Shown: positions 11,553 to 25,400 of the stretch, piece after piece
Numbering within the stretch: the first letter of the stretch is position 1
Layout: every line of letters starts with the position of its first letter
DNA from: Trichosphaerium sp. ATCC 40318
Taxonomy: Eukaryota; Protista; Tubulinea
NCBI GenBank assembly: GCA_038496445.1
Contig: JALMLS010000642.1
Span: 33,836-97,835 of the forward strand
Length of the DNA: 64,000 bases
Direction of reading: 5' to 3'
The notes under the pieces: model-generated
The model's database searches: none
What the model was told of the DNA's origin: nothing
Seen by the model: only the letters and a program-made list of their open reading frames with translations
Program-made: the position numbers and the translations under genes

Positions 11553-12826
11553 CAATTTCACATGACCCACGTGAATCGTCAGTTTCTCATGAAATTGTAT
11601 TGAACTCTTTTAATATAAACCACTTCATTTCAAACAGCAATGACCACTTATCCCATTCAAATACCTATCGTATTGATTCTCGTTTCTTCATTTGTGATTG
11701 CTACAATTGCGGTACATATGATAGTAGAAGTAACATAAAAATCTGTCTGACAACGGGATTGTTCTAGGGTTCATGTTCAATCTAACATGTGTTTACCAGT
11801 TTCATTCTCATCTTGCGATCCTGGACAAATACCAGTATGCTCTGGAGATCCACCAGGTACATACATATCATCTATGAAAAACCCAATGTTGAGTTTTATT
11901 AACTGTTAAACAAGGTGATCCTTTCAAACGTGATCTCTCAAAACGTGCTGTATGCGGTTGCTCTTGTGTAGGAAACTCTAATACGCCACCACCATCGAAA
12001 CCACCAACACCGGCGCCAACCAAACCTCCAACACCTCATCCGCTGTCAAGCGTTGATACGTTGAGAATTAATCACGGAACACGTGATAGAAGGGGATATA
12101 CACAACCGGGACTGTACTTCAGCCGTACTTGCAATCCTCACAGTATGTGCACTACATGTTGATTAACGTTTCTTTCTAACGCACGTTTCTCAACAGACCA
12201 GGGTATATTTTGGTTCTACTCATACTTGAGCGCAGTCATGAATGATAGAGCATTCTTTCCAAGTTGTTACGGAACTTTTGGAAGTGTTCATTTTCTTCAC
12301 TCCGATCCGTTTTGGTTCAACAATGTTAATGATTTGAAAAAGTACTTCTCATTCACGTGTCCTCACAATCACTTGATTACAGGTATGGAAAAATCCTCTG
12401 CTTATCCTTTTATCAGAACTGACATTGACGCTTTTGTAATAGGCATGCGTTCCTACTTTTACTCAGATGCTGATGATCGCCGTTTCAGTTTTCAATGTGC
12501 TTCGTTGAGAAACAGTTATGCTGTCAATGACACACCAAGATTCAAATACCTTACAACATGGTGGACAACATATCAGAATGATTATAGGTAAATACGCTTC
12601 ATCTTATGTATGAACATTATAATTAAACCCTTGTAGGGGTGACCAGATAACTTCATGCGTTCATGCACAAACAGGAAAGTCAGGATTTCTTATTGGTATC
12701 AGTAGCTACTACTCCAGTACATACAGTGATCGCCGATTCAGATTCAAATGTGCTCTTGTTGAAGACATCGATAATGCAAGTTTTTAAGGCTATCTCTCAT
12801 TACTTGTTTTATCTCCGCAATAAATA
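11553..12826. repeat. Right arm of the inverted duplication (partner 5448-6775)
   Basis: Direct reverse-complement match to the left arm. Confidence 0.95.
11640..12787 (+). pseudogene. Second dermatopontin/HAAF-like gene copy with a frameshift in exon 2
   Basis: Same exon structure as 5485-6687 but lacks 11 bp (ACCTGTAGTGT), giving GGT TCA TGT TCA ATC TAA (stop 11783-11785); downstream exons remain open. Confidence 0.7.
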
Positions 12827-13299
12827 CAACCTTGTCAGTTGAGTAATTCTTTATTTATGAAAAAACTTTGAATATTAGCCAATTTAGCTACTAAACTAGA
12901 AAGGCTACAGAGAAAGGGCGGTAGCTCAACAGCACGTTACAGTTACATATAACTCTTTGTATTGTGATGAGAACAGGTAGTCCCCGCTGCTAAAAAAATG
13001 GACGACCCACCAGCCCAAACCGCAATTGCGCCTTAACTTCTTTATCAAGAAAATTGTTCAGAAAAATTTATAAAGACTCTACTTTCTTGTAAACCCACAT
13101 CTTCAGTTGTCCCTCACACATGTTTGCTTCTGACTGTGACTATGACTGTTGATGTATAGTACGAGGTGTGTTTCTCAGAAACTGGCTTAAGATGGATTCA
13201 CAAACGTCTGCTAACCTGTTATTTATTTGCCAATTCATAAATTGTACAATTACAGGTTTTCAAATAGTATGTAATAGAATAAGATAAAAACAGTTCTTA

Positions 13300-15854
13300 T
13301 TACAAATCTAACGTTACTGGTTCATAGGCCATTATGCTAGAACTAGCTGAGTAAAGGGGATTCTTCGATATGAACTCAATTGCAGCTTGACGTAGCTCTG
13401 TCATGCTCTTTGCTTTATTCTTTAATCCCTAAAATGTAAATAAGAAAAAAAGAAGAAAAACAAAGTTGCCAAAAGGATTCTTAGTTAACGTACAAGATAT
13501 TCTACAGCATGAGCAACAAAAGCATTTTTGTCATCTAGTTTGTCACTTTCAAGAACAAACTTGTACATTTTGAGGCTATGATAGATAAGAAAAAACCCAG
13601 AAAAGTATTACTTCAAAAAAAAAAAAATTCAGTTGGAGCATACACAAGTGTACTATATCTAGTATCTCGTTCTTTTATGTATGTAAGTACTTTCTCCTTT
13701 TTTACACTTATAAGATCACCTATACTTTATTACCTAACTTTTCAATACTTGTAGGTACAATAAGAATACGTACTTGCTTCATAAACACCATTTTCAATAA
13801 AATGATTTTCTTGGTTTAGCAATGTGTCTTCCCAATTAGTCTCATTTTTTGAGATAGCTTCAAGCACTGGGGTCATTTGGGCTATGTCTTGTATCCTTAA
13901 TCCAGGGTCTTCACCCTTGTACCAACGCCACAGAGAATTTTCGGTATTAAGGCTATTCGTCATAAACGCGAAACGAAATACATGTGCTATGATTGCCTTG
14001 AAAAAATGGTAAGAGGACATTAACTGAAGGCTAGTGGTAATACCTTCGTAAGTTTTAGGTATTAAAAGTAAAACAGATAAGTAGAATAAAGTATACATGA
14101 TAACAATAGTATAAAAATAGAAATAAAATAAAAAAGAGCTCTTACAATAAATGATGCAGATTGAGGATCAAAATTTGGAACTACAGAAAGGTACTCCTTA
14201 ACATAATCCATGAATGGTATATTTTTCTCAGCTTTAGCACCTTGACGCCCTACACAAGGTAATATTAGCAATGTCTAGATCAAACAGTATGATACATACC
14301 AAGCTCTTCAGCCATCCAAAAACACTCTGAATGACTATCACGTATTCCTACCCAATCACATTTTGGAACCTCATACTACAAAGAATTAGCCACTCATACT
14401 CTTATCCTAAGTATACCTCCAATATTTTTGGACTCCTTAAAGCTCTGTTGGGACCTATAGATTCAAATTATAAGGGAAAGTATTGCTGATGCAGTACGGT
14501 TGTTTTGTATGTCAAGTTTTCCAACGTGATCACTTGTTGCCCCAATGTATCCAACAACATCATATTTAAATGGCTGCTGTCCAAAGTTTATACTACAACA
14601 CGAACCAGCTGATTGAAAACCTATGGTGGTATGGTACGCTTCTCCGTTATTAACACGCTACAAACAGTAAACCAATGGATATCTAGTTACACAAGCAACG
14701 TACTGGAGTAGCATACAACCACTTCCCATTCTTTGTAAAGAAGAAAACATTGACTAAGAAGTCGTATCCACACCCTATCACATCACCAACAGTATAAGGT
14801 TCCCTGTACACATACGTCCAAAGATTCTCTGAAAAACAGAAGTTAGACAACAAAAAAAACAGTAAAAATGAAAACATCTCACCGTAGTACATTCCGCCCT
14901 GTATACTAGAAACAGATCATTAGTAAATATGATGTATTAACAATATAGTGTGTACTTGTAGTATCCAAAAGAAAACTTTTCCCATCCAGGCATAGACATG
15001 CTTTTTGAGAAAGAATTAAGTGCTGCACCAATGCACATAGTCCTGAAAATAAAACTGTTACACGCAACAGACAGTGAAATCACCCTTACCCATGCCCAAT
15101 CACTGTTACTTCAGAGTATGCTACTGATGCAATATTTCCTACGGGAAGTGGTTTCATAGGATGTGATACTTGACAACTCTTTAAAGTCACAAAGTTAGTC
15201 AAAAAAACAAAAAAATAACATTAACAATACCAGAACTTGACGGTTATTATCGTTGATGCATGTAACCTCTGTACCATCATCTGAAAATGAAAAGAAACCT
15301 TCGTGATCTTCTAGAAGGTATTTTTCAGTTACTATTTGCTTCGTATGATCACAAGGACACAAGGGCGAGTAGCATTTTTGCTACAATGCCAAAAACGAAT
15401 TTCTCCGCAAAACGCTAAAAAAAGCTGTTTTGTTTTTTTTCAATGGTACCTTCTTTTAACAGTTTCAGTTTATTAGCGTGTAACTGAAGTGGGTATCGTT
15501 CCATAAAGAGTTCTTTCCAGGTCATTCCTTTTGGAAGAGTCTTAACCCATTTATAACCGCTACAAATAGTGCCCTATACAGTAAACAAGCGTATGAGTAT
15601 ATTTAGATGCCGTAAAACAGTTGTACCCACAGAGAATCAGCATTGTACAGCTTATTCCATTTCTTAGATACGAACGGCACCAAAACTACTTCTTTTAGCG
15701 TTGAATATGAATAAAACGACGTGTACAAATATCACTGAGCTGATTTAACGTAAATATCATGTGTGCAATCTAAAAGAAGTTAAAAATGAATTAACGAGCG
15801 TTTAACGGCGACCTCCTGCGGAACTTGAGAAATATAATTGGTTTCTGGCTCCAT
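13300..15854 (-). CDS. F-box plus SPRY domain protein
   Basis: Spliced N-terminus ISQVPQEIAHMIF..VSKKWNKLYNADSLW..WKELF (F-box); SPRY motifs MPGWEKFSFGY, YTVGDVIGCGYD, FFFTKNGKWL, INFGQQPFKYD. Confidence 0.85.
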
Positions 15855-16490
15855 CGTCGTTTTTCGTGCTGACTTTTGGCTTAATAGACTTTTTCTTAAG
15901 TGCGCCTACTTTGCATAATTTCCAAATCAAGTTCAGTGGAAGTTATGCTCTTGAAGGAGTTCAATTGCATTTCTTGTGATCAACATAAGTGAGGTGTAAG
16001 GTTTAAGAGATAACGTAGCCGAGATTAGGAGCGTTACATGAGGATGGAATACCTATCGCCGATGGTGGTGAACAGCACTGGTACCAATTGCATTACTACT
16101 TTTTGGAGCAGTTTATCGACATAGAATAGTTGTAATTGAACCACACTACTTTTCCTGTCAGCGTGTTTGTGATTCTAGTGACTATTCAACGCAAGTGTAT
16201 ATGAGATTGAATTTCACTTACGTATAAAGTCATTGGCTAGTGTATAGTAGATTTAACTAGTACCAAGTGACAGAGAATTGAATGCAGTGTGATTCCATGC
16301 CATTCTTGTAGCTTGATATGCTTTCTGTGTAGAGGTTGCTGAAGTTCAACAAGACAGCTCCTGAGTATAAAAAGTTAATCGGACTTCAGGGTACGTATAA
16401 GTGATTTGGAGCAAAGACTATCTTTAACAAAGATATTTATTTACAAAGTTGGTTTTCTTTTCTTTTTTGATTTTTCTTTTTTTTCTTTCT

Positions 16491-19400
16491 TTATACAAAG
16501 TGGATATCACGTAAAACCCTTGTGATCTTATTCAATGTATCATTATCCTTACAATTCTCCACATGAACCACAAGTGCTTCAAGCATTGATTCAACCCTAA
16601 AGTATAACTGTTGCATAGCAGCAACACCGAAACTTTTTTGTTTCTTTGATGAAGTTCTTATATCAACAGGTAAAGTCAAAAGAACTTTCATCATAGCGTT
16701 AAGCCTAGAATGAGCCTGTGCTTGACTAACAGGGTTCTTTGAACGAGCTTCTTTACTTGTAGTATGTTGAAGACGTTTAAGTTCTTGGTCGAGCATTTGA
16801 AGAGCTTGTGCACGTTTGGCATTAAGAGCTTCAGGTGTTGTTGCTCTATCAACCTATTTTAAAGAAAAAAATAAGAATTCACGTGATATCATAAGAGAGA
16901 AAAAGTACGTACACGTATATGTGAAAGACTACTATTATCACTTGCAGCAGTCTTTTGTCTAAACATTTCTAAATGAGCTGAAACTACAGCACATTCTTGA
17001 AGAACAACAATAGATTTTCTTCGCCTCTAAACAAAAAGTTAAAAACAATAAACGAAAGTCACCTTCGTTAGTTTGTTGTACGTACACATCTAACATCGCC
17101 AAGGTCTCTCATAGATGAAACTGCTTTAATAGGTCTCTCTGGACTATTTGTTTCTGTAAGTCCTCCAAGAGATAAACTAGCTTTATGACCAGTCATCTTT
17201 CTTGTATCTGGTGGCTTCATCGCCATGGGACTACTACTCGTTCTCATATTGTTCGATCTTGGTCTTTGTATATCTGACTTTGATCTCTGAACTTCAGCAT
17301 CAGTGTCCGCAGCTGATTTTCTTCTGTTATCACTAGGTGCAGTTTTTACAAGCTTTGCTAGTGTTGGGGCAGTTGCCGATTTTTCTATAGTAGATTGCTT
17401 TTTCTCAGAAGGTTTCTTCTCCGAAGGCTTTTTTTCAGCAGCTTGTGAAGGCTTCTTCTCAGAAGGTTTTTTCTCAACAGCTTGTGAAAGTTTCTTTTCA
17501 GAAGGCTTTCTTTCACCAGCTCGCGAAGGCTTCTTCTCGGAAGGTTTTTTCTCAACAGCTGGTGAAGACTTTTTCTCTGATGGCTTTTTCTTTGTATTAT
17601 TGGAACTAGCCTTTGATGTTTTTTTGGCTTTCATCAAGTCACTGCGTGGCTCCATTATATCACTGACATCCGGAATCCAGTCGGTGTCTTTTTGAACGGG
17701 ATCATCCGCAGATACAGTGTTCCTAAACAAAAACAACGTGAGTAATACTACACTCAACTAACAGTGGAAAAAAAACCAAAAAAATCTTACCGTCGTCTTT
17801 TACCATCAGCTTTAACGTCAATAACTGGTCTTGAGTTACCATGATATGTGTCTGTACGTGCAGCTCTCGTTTCTGGTTCATCAATAAACGTAATCTTACT
17901 ACGTAACCGAGAAGATTCCTTAATTCTACCAGAACCCTTTCCTGAGCCAAACACGTCCGTTTTCCTTCTAGATTTTGGAGACAAGCTTCTTCTTGGAGAC
18001 CTATCCTTTTTATCCTTTTTCTCTTGTACTCTAACATTCGATACGCCTTGGTCCGAATTGCCATCTAAACAAGTAAACAACAAGAAAGAAAATAAAAGCT
18101 AAGCCAGTAAGATTTGTCACGTGCCTTTTTCTTTCCTAGGACTACCAACAAAAGAAGCAGCAGCTGCTGATAAGTCTGAAGCGCCACCACTAGAAGTGTT
18201 CCTCTTTCTGCGGCTGCTCTTTTTCTTTTTCTTCTTCGATCCACCTCTAGGTGACGAATCCTTCTTAACTCTAAAGCAAAGTAAGAAAAACATCAAGAAA
18301 CGAAAACAAAAAAAAAATAAAAGAACATACCTTGGGCTCTTCTTCTTATCCTTAGATCTCTTAGCTTTTAAGCTCTTACGAGATGATCCAGCAGTACTTG
18401 ACTGAGAATCAGACAATGCTGCGGCTATATCAGACAGGTTACTGCTACGAGCAGAGTCAAGGTTGCTTCGCGCTGAGTCAGGGTTTTCGCTGTGTGAATC
18501 CTCGATATTTTGTAAGAACGACAAAAACTCGTTTGGCTCCACCTTCTGAGACTTCTGTATGCTCCTTTGTGTTTTTGTTCCAAATGGCATTATTGAATCA
18601 GGGTCTATCTTTTTACTACGTCTTCCACCTCTTCCTTTAAACGAAGAACGAGAATCACCGGCTAAGGTGAGTTCGGCATCAGATGAATCAGCACTCATGA
18701 TAGAAATACTGGTGGATGCATCCAATGTGTCTTCATCGTCACTAAACACTCTAGATCCAATCACATGAGGTGACTTACGACCTGGGGAGAGCATGTCTAA
18801 CGATGATCAGTGAAGAAGAGTTTTAAAGCAGTATAACGAACGAACAAACAAAACCAAAGAAAAAAAAAGGTGACAACTCAGTTTCTTTTGTTCACGTACC
18901 CGCTGATTCTCTTGGTGTTGTTAGTGACCACAACGCATCTGTTTCGCTTGAAGGAGCTGATTGGTTGACTGGCGAATTATTAGAAAAGGAAATATAACAA
19001 TGAAAAGATAACACATACCAATTACAGCTGATGTCTTTAAACGGTGTTCGAAATCAGCAAACCCTTCTTTAAGGCTATCCTGTAATTCTTGTTGGCGTGA
19101 TTCAGGCTCATACGAAGCGGCTATATAAAGGAGTAAGATCCTAATTCAGAATCTGATGAAACACTAACCAAATATAGCATTAACAGCAAGTGCTTTCTTT
19201 AGCGAATGTGCAAAAAGTTTAAACTCTGCAGCAAGCAATTGTATCTGTTCGTATGGCCACTTGGATGCTGTATCATTATCTAAAAATGCGTCGAATATTG
19301 CCAATGGCCCTGCATGGACCTCTGACAAGAGTATTAGAAGCGAAGAGCATAGCAAAAACAAAGAATAACTCCAGGTTCACCCAAAAAATAAAATTCCAAC

Positions 19401-22400
19401 TAAAACCAGAGACGCACGCAACAGAAGACATCCAGAAAGGATTTGTTGTACTGTTTGTATTTGTGGTTCTTCTTCACCTAGTATTCTACCAAGTTCTTTG
19501 ACTTTCTCTCTAATTTGATTGATTGCAACACCAAGAGGTGAAATCTCCGAAGAAACAGTTTCAGAAATTACAGACCGAATACTCATTAGAGGGAACGCTC
19601 GCTCTGTTTTATAGACAGTACGTCTGACGTATTGTTCTGATACTTCATTTGTTTGCGACTTTCCAGAACCTTTTGTAAAAGGTAGCTCAAGGCTGAAATC
19701 ACCTAGAAAAACAGTCAATATAGTGCAGAAAAAGGTACAAAGTACAAGCAACGTAAAACAAAACAAACAAGAAAGATACATACGCATGTTGTAGTTACGT
19801 TCAAACTGAGTTGTATGATGACTATCTTCAGGTGCACTATTATAAGTACGTACAGATGCAACCTTATTAAATGTTATTAAAACGTTGGAGTTGCAAAGGA
19901 GTATTCAAACGTACCACAAAGTAAAACTTTTTAGGATCAATGTCGGGTGATTTTGTCAATGTACGAATAACCACAACGTTCTCTTTACCAAATTTTCGTT
20001 CAAAACGTCCTTGTAGCTTAGCTACAACATCGCCCAATGTAATAAAGTTTGAATATCTGTAAATAAATTCTTTCCCATCAAGTTCAGGAGCCAACTCTTT
20101 GCAATGGAATCTAACTAACCAATACGTTCTCTTAAATCTTGATACTTGCTCAGGATTGATTATATTAGTGCACATTGTTTGTAAATCACCGTAGCATGCT
20201 GCAAGAGACGCATAGTCCTCACGACGTTGATATATAGGTAAGAGAATACTGTAAAGCTAAAAAGTTGTGAACACGTGACCAAAATAAAGTTGAGTCGAGC
20301 AAGCTCTGAAGCTTTTCCTTACCTCAACAGCAAGTTCCCAAGCCTTTGCTTTGCGCAAGCAATTTATAGCATCTGTGACAAGTTTCATCCAACCATCTAG
20401 AGTAAACTCACTTGAAAGACAGATTTCGTCCTTTAGATTTTGTAACGTTGATAAAACTGGCAACTTTTTTGTTTCTACAATCAAAGTAAACGAAAACCAG
20501 CAAACTATAAAAAAAGCAACATACCTTCAGCTGAATTTATCTTTGGACATACAGAATCAAGAGCTTCAGTTATTTTATCATCATGAGCAAATAGCCTTCT
20601 TCCAAGAATACTCAAGTATTCTTTTACGAGTATAGCTGCCATTACTCTAGCTTGAGCAGCTTCCTCATAGTACTCATGCTAAAAAAAGTTACAACAAAGC
20701 GAAACCAAAGCACTACATAATCACGTGATTGAGGAAAAAAACGTGCCTGATTCAGAAAAGAGTATAACTTTTGTAACCAAGCAATACGTGCATCGGGAGA
20801 GTCTTTCAATCGCCTACTAAGACCATGTACTAATGATGCTACTGTCTCTGGATCATACTCATAATTTATCATCATATCATAATCAGCAATGAGCTTATCA
20901 GCTTTATCTTTAAGTTCTTGAAGGTGCGTAGATATAAGAATGAATGAATTATCATGTTCATCGTCACTTTGAGAATAGTGTTGATGAACAAAATTCAAGC
21001 CAGCCTTAAGATTAGAGTAATCTTTCTATTAAAAAAAAAGACACTTAGTTTTTCAAACCTTGTAACAACGTTACCTTAAGATCACTTCCACCAATGAACT
21101 TTGTAATGGCCAATATTGTTTGCAACTTGACACGAGAAATATTACCTCGCTCCTTTAAGTTACCCTATTGAGAAGAAATTAGTTATTAGATATTTCTACT
21201 GGTGTCTTCTTATTATTTTACCTTTAACAGTTTTATATACAATGTCAATGCTCTCATACGTGTATCAGCAATATTAGAGTTTAGTTTACTAACAATCTCA
21301 TAGCATAAATCTCCAATAATTGGAGTGACTTGCTTAAAGTACATATTTGAAAATCTATCAATAAGAGATGCCATGTGCTTAAAGACAACAGCGTATATGA
21401 GTTTACTCTGAGGTCTTTCAAGAACAGCATTAAATGTCTCAAAGACAACATTGAATAGCTCCACATTATCGTCTAACAAAGTCAAAAAGAAATGGCTCAA
21501 GAGAACTCTGAAATGTAAAGTTTCCTTTTGAGGGTTTTGTTTTGCGTACCGAACTTTTCCTCGTTGTTCTTTATATAATTCAGAGTAACATCAACAATGA
21601 CAAGACTAACACTCTCATTAAATAGTTGCTCTTTCTTTACTTCAGCGTTAAGCAATTTAGCTTCAAGCTTTATGGTATCATCTGGTTCTTCTTCAAGTTT
21701 TGTAGGGTTATTCATCATCAAAGAAAGTAGCCTTGATGTTGCTACTCTGGAAACCTTTGGTATATCACTTGATTCCTTAGCTTGGTGTTTACTAAAAAAA
21801 GAAGAACGGGTAAGTACAAGAGTGCAAACAATCCGGAAAATCCATTTTCAATAAAAGTAAGCAACTCGATTTTTCAAAAATCAAAACAACAACGTTTAAC
21901 TCAACGTGTTGACACTTGCTCGCTGCTCAAGAAGCGTGACATAAATATATGTTTTCTAGTGCAATATCTTATTAAAATAAAACAAATTACCTTGCAGCAC
22001 CACCTCTCCCTCTTCGTCTATTCTTCTCACTTACCACTATTTTTTGAATATCTGTTTTTTCTTTTGTTGAATCATTTAAGTTATACTTAGACGTAGCAAC
22101 ACTTCTTCGTTTCCGCTTTGTCTCAGCCTTGCCCTTATACTACATAAAAGTAAGTTGCATATTACACAGTACCATCAATGGACAAACGAAGCCAGTAAAC
22201 GCACCCAAAAGAAGTCCTGTGAAACTCTTAATATTTTGAAAAAAACAGCAAATGCGTTTGGTGTTAGTGAGTCCAGGAACTGTAATCGCAAGGATTCTGA
22301 TAGATTATTGATAATATATAAGAAACAAACAAGCATAGCACGCATAGTGTCCTTGTGTGCTTTTGTCTGTGTTCTTGTCTCTACTTGATTAAAATTCGAT

Positions 22401-25400
22401 AAAACCTACAAAACACGTGTTAGTCCCACCTGAAGATTCTAGAATAGCATCGCAGATGCAAAAGTATGGTAGACAAATAGATGCCTGTTTAAAAGTATAC
22501 AAACAAATGCAAAGTTTCACGTACTGTTGTGAGGTATGGAATGAACATTGCTACTATTCTACGCCTTGAAAAGTCACTTTGATAACGTTCATCACGATCT
22601 AACCGCCACAAAATATTTCTACAAAAAGTCAGGTGATCTAGACAATCTTTTGACCCTGGCCACGTACCGCAATGAGTACACTGCAATTTCAATGTATTCC
22701 ATAGTGTTATCATGCATAGCGATAGACAATTTAACAACTTTGAGAAGTGTACCAATGAGGAAATGTTTTCGCCTTTAAGAAACAGTGAGATTACAATAAC
22801 CAAAATTACAAAATAAAGCTATTTAAACAAACTGCCTCTAAGAATCTTAAAATAACGTACTCAAGGTCATTTATCGATAAAAGGGATGTTGTAGTTGGTA
22901 GATTCAAAGGAATAAATAATGGATGCTCCACCAATAGCTCCATGAGGAGAAATTTTAACAGTACAACTTTAGGGTTATCATTTTTCAAATTATTTACAAA
23001 GCAGTGCAACTAGGAGCATAGTGAGTTAGTATAAATACAAATATGTTTTGATAAACTTACGCATTGAAAAGCAACACCACGGTTGATAATAGATAATAAA
23101 TCACCCAAGAACTCTCCAAGGTTTTGTACAAATAAACGTAAAATATCACGATTAAATTCACCAGTTGTCAAATGCTCATATGTCTTGCTTGCGAATGACT
23201 TAAATAAATCAAAGAGAGCTCCTCTGAGGTCATCTCCAACAGGTGCAAATACTTTAGGCGATTGTTGCGCTACAAGAGTTGTCAGTAACAGACACTGGTT
23301 CAACACTTCAATGACGTGATTTCTTTGTACTAAAACTACGTACAATAAGCGGCCTCTTTGTCCAGTACAATAGACTTTACAATAAGTCTAAAGAGGAATC
23401 CTGAATTGAGTAACAAGTTTTTTTCTGATTCTCTATCTAAAGCGCTCACAAATTTGACTCTAATAGAAAACATAAGTAAGCTGCAACGATTAAAAAATAA
23501 ATAGCAAAAACAAAAGACTTACTTGTAGTTCAACGCAGCGTTCCATTTTTGAACAAGTTTAAGATGTAATCCCTCTGGAGGCGTGCAAACATATTCAACA
23601 TATGATTCTACTATACTATCCTGAACAGCAGATCCATCTCTTGCCCTACACAAAGTTAAGACGAAAGCTCAAATAAAAGATAAACATCACATGATTAGGA
23701 CTTACATTGAAACAACGTTTACGAGCGTAATAAGTGCATCAACTGATTTTCTTAGCGGTTTTACAGCGCATACGTAATAAAGAACCAGGTCTACAATCAT
23801 AGGAAAGAATAATACAATTTGGGTATGAGAGGCTCTAGCAAGACCTTGAATAGCCTAAAAACAATCCGATTAACAAAAGTCAAGGCAACCAATAATGTCG
23901 TACACCATGAATCTCATCTGCGTGGCTACTTGGGCTGAGCTTTATAGAGTTCAAAAAAGAGCTGACTAGCGGATCAGTAGGCAATACTGAAGATTGTATT
24001 CTTGTTGTGTAAGTGAATAACAGTGATTGGCCTTCAAGCCACTCAACATCTTCTGGATCGGCTGATAAATAATTTGAAGGTAACTTTTTAGCAATAGGCA
24101 GAGATCCACCAGGAAAGAACTCACTACATCAATACACAATCAGATAACTAAATAAAATAACGAAATACTTACGTAGTCTCGCCACTAAGAGGAATAATAC
24201 TATAACCAAGAGCAACCTAAGCTTGGAGTGAACACTGAAATATGATCAAAAAAAACAAAAAACAATTGTCTTGTGTTTCGCAGGGCGTACTCTGAAAGCT
24301 TTCTTTGTTTCCTTCTTTGGATTTATGTGATGAAAAGTACATAGTAAATGTAATTTCTTACTGCGAACAGCAGGTAAATCTATCTTGAATTCATCAAAGA
24401 ATCGAGGCTTTTTCCTGTGATAAGAAACAGAACTTTGTACAATAGACTGTCTTGCTTCAGTTGTACTACCACCATAAAATAAAGGTAGCCCTTTAGCAAG
24501 TATGTCGTTATCATCTTCAAGAAGGCGAACTTCAATGTATATATTCTTCTTGCCCATAAACTCTACACGCTGTGGATAGAAGTACAATAGATTCCTGTAG
24601 GCGCAATGTGGGTATGCATCTAAACAAAGAAGAAATAAGCACACAAATTTAAAAACATTATTTTTCAATCACGTGAGGAGTAAGTATTTCACGTGTTAAA
24701 TTAGTATTAGGTTTTTTATCATTACGTACCAACGCCCTCTCTTATGAACTCCTCAGCTTCTACTACCACTGGATTTTTTGCAGAAACAATAGGTAATAAA
24801 GGAGCATGCTGAGAATCTAGTGTCGCTGCAGTTGCAGCTTCGTCATCCTTTCTGACTCGCAACCGAAGTTCTCCATAAACAGACTTGCTCTTTTTATTTA
24901 TCCTTATGTCTTCTAATATTTCTATAATTCAAATTAGAACACTAAACTCTTGTGCAGGTAGCTACTGGTAGTTCCAGAGACAAAAAAAAAATCAAAAGAA
25001 AAAATGTACTTGCCTTGTATATCAGATCGTACAAGCCTTATTTTTTGTAAATTGACAGGATCTTCTGTATCACCAATAAAAGATCCATTGCTATCAAATA
25101 GAGGATGATTTGCACACATAAAATGTTGTTGAAATTCACGAAGATGAACAACAGAATCAAAAATATCATTAACAAATTTTGACTTTTCTTTTTCTTTCAT
25201 CTACTTAGAAATTAATCATCTTATTACTAAAAACGCTATATAAATATACGTACGCCTGGAGCAATAGAATAAGGCTCTGACTCAACCGCACCACGAAATA
25301 CGCGGTCAATAAAGACTAATAAATGCAAATTTTCCATTTTATCACGTGGTGTAATATGAAAGACACATTGCCTTGAAAAAATGGTTAAATACGTTAATGA

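Noticed and set aside
5448-12826. DNA transposon or Polinton with long terminal inverted repeats
   Set aside because: The arms are spliced host-type genes ending at the poly(A) signal. No target-site duplication, transposase, integrase or polymerase is seen.
17303-17695. Phe-rich plus-strand ORF (FFSEG repeats)
   Set aside because: Antisense shadow of the EKKPS repeats in the DOCK tail.
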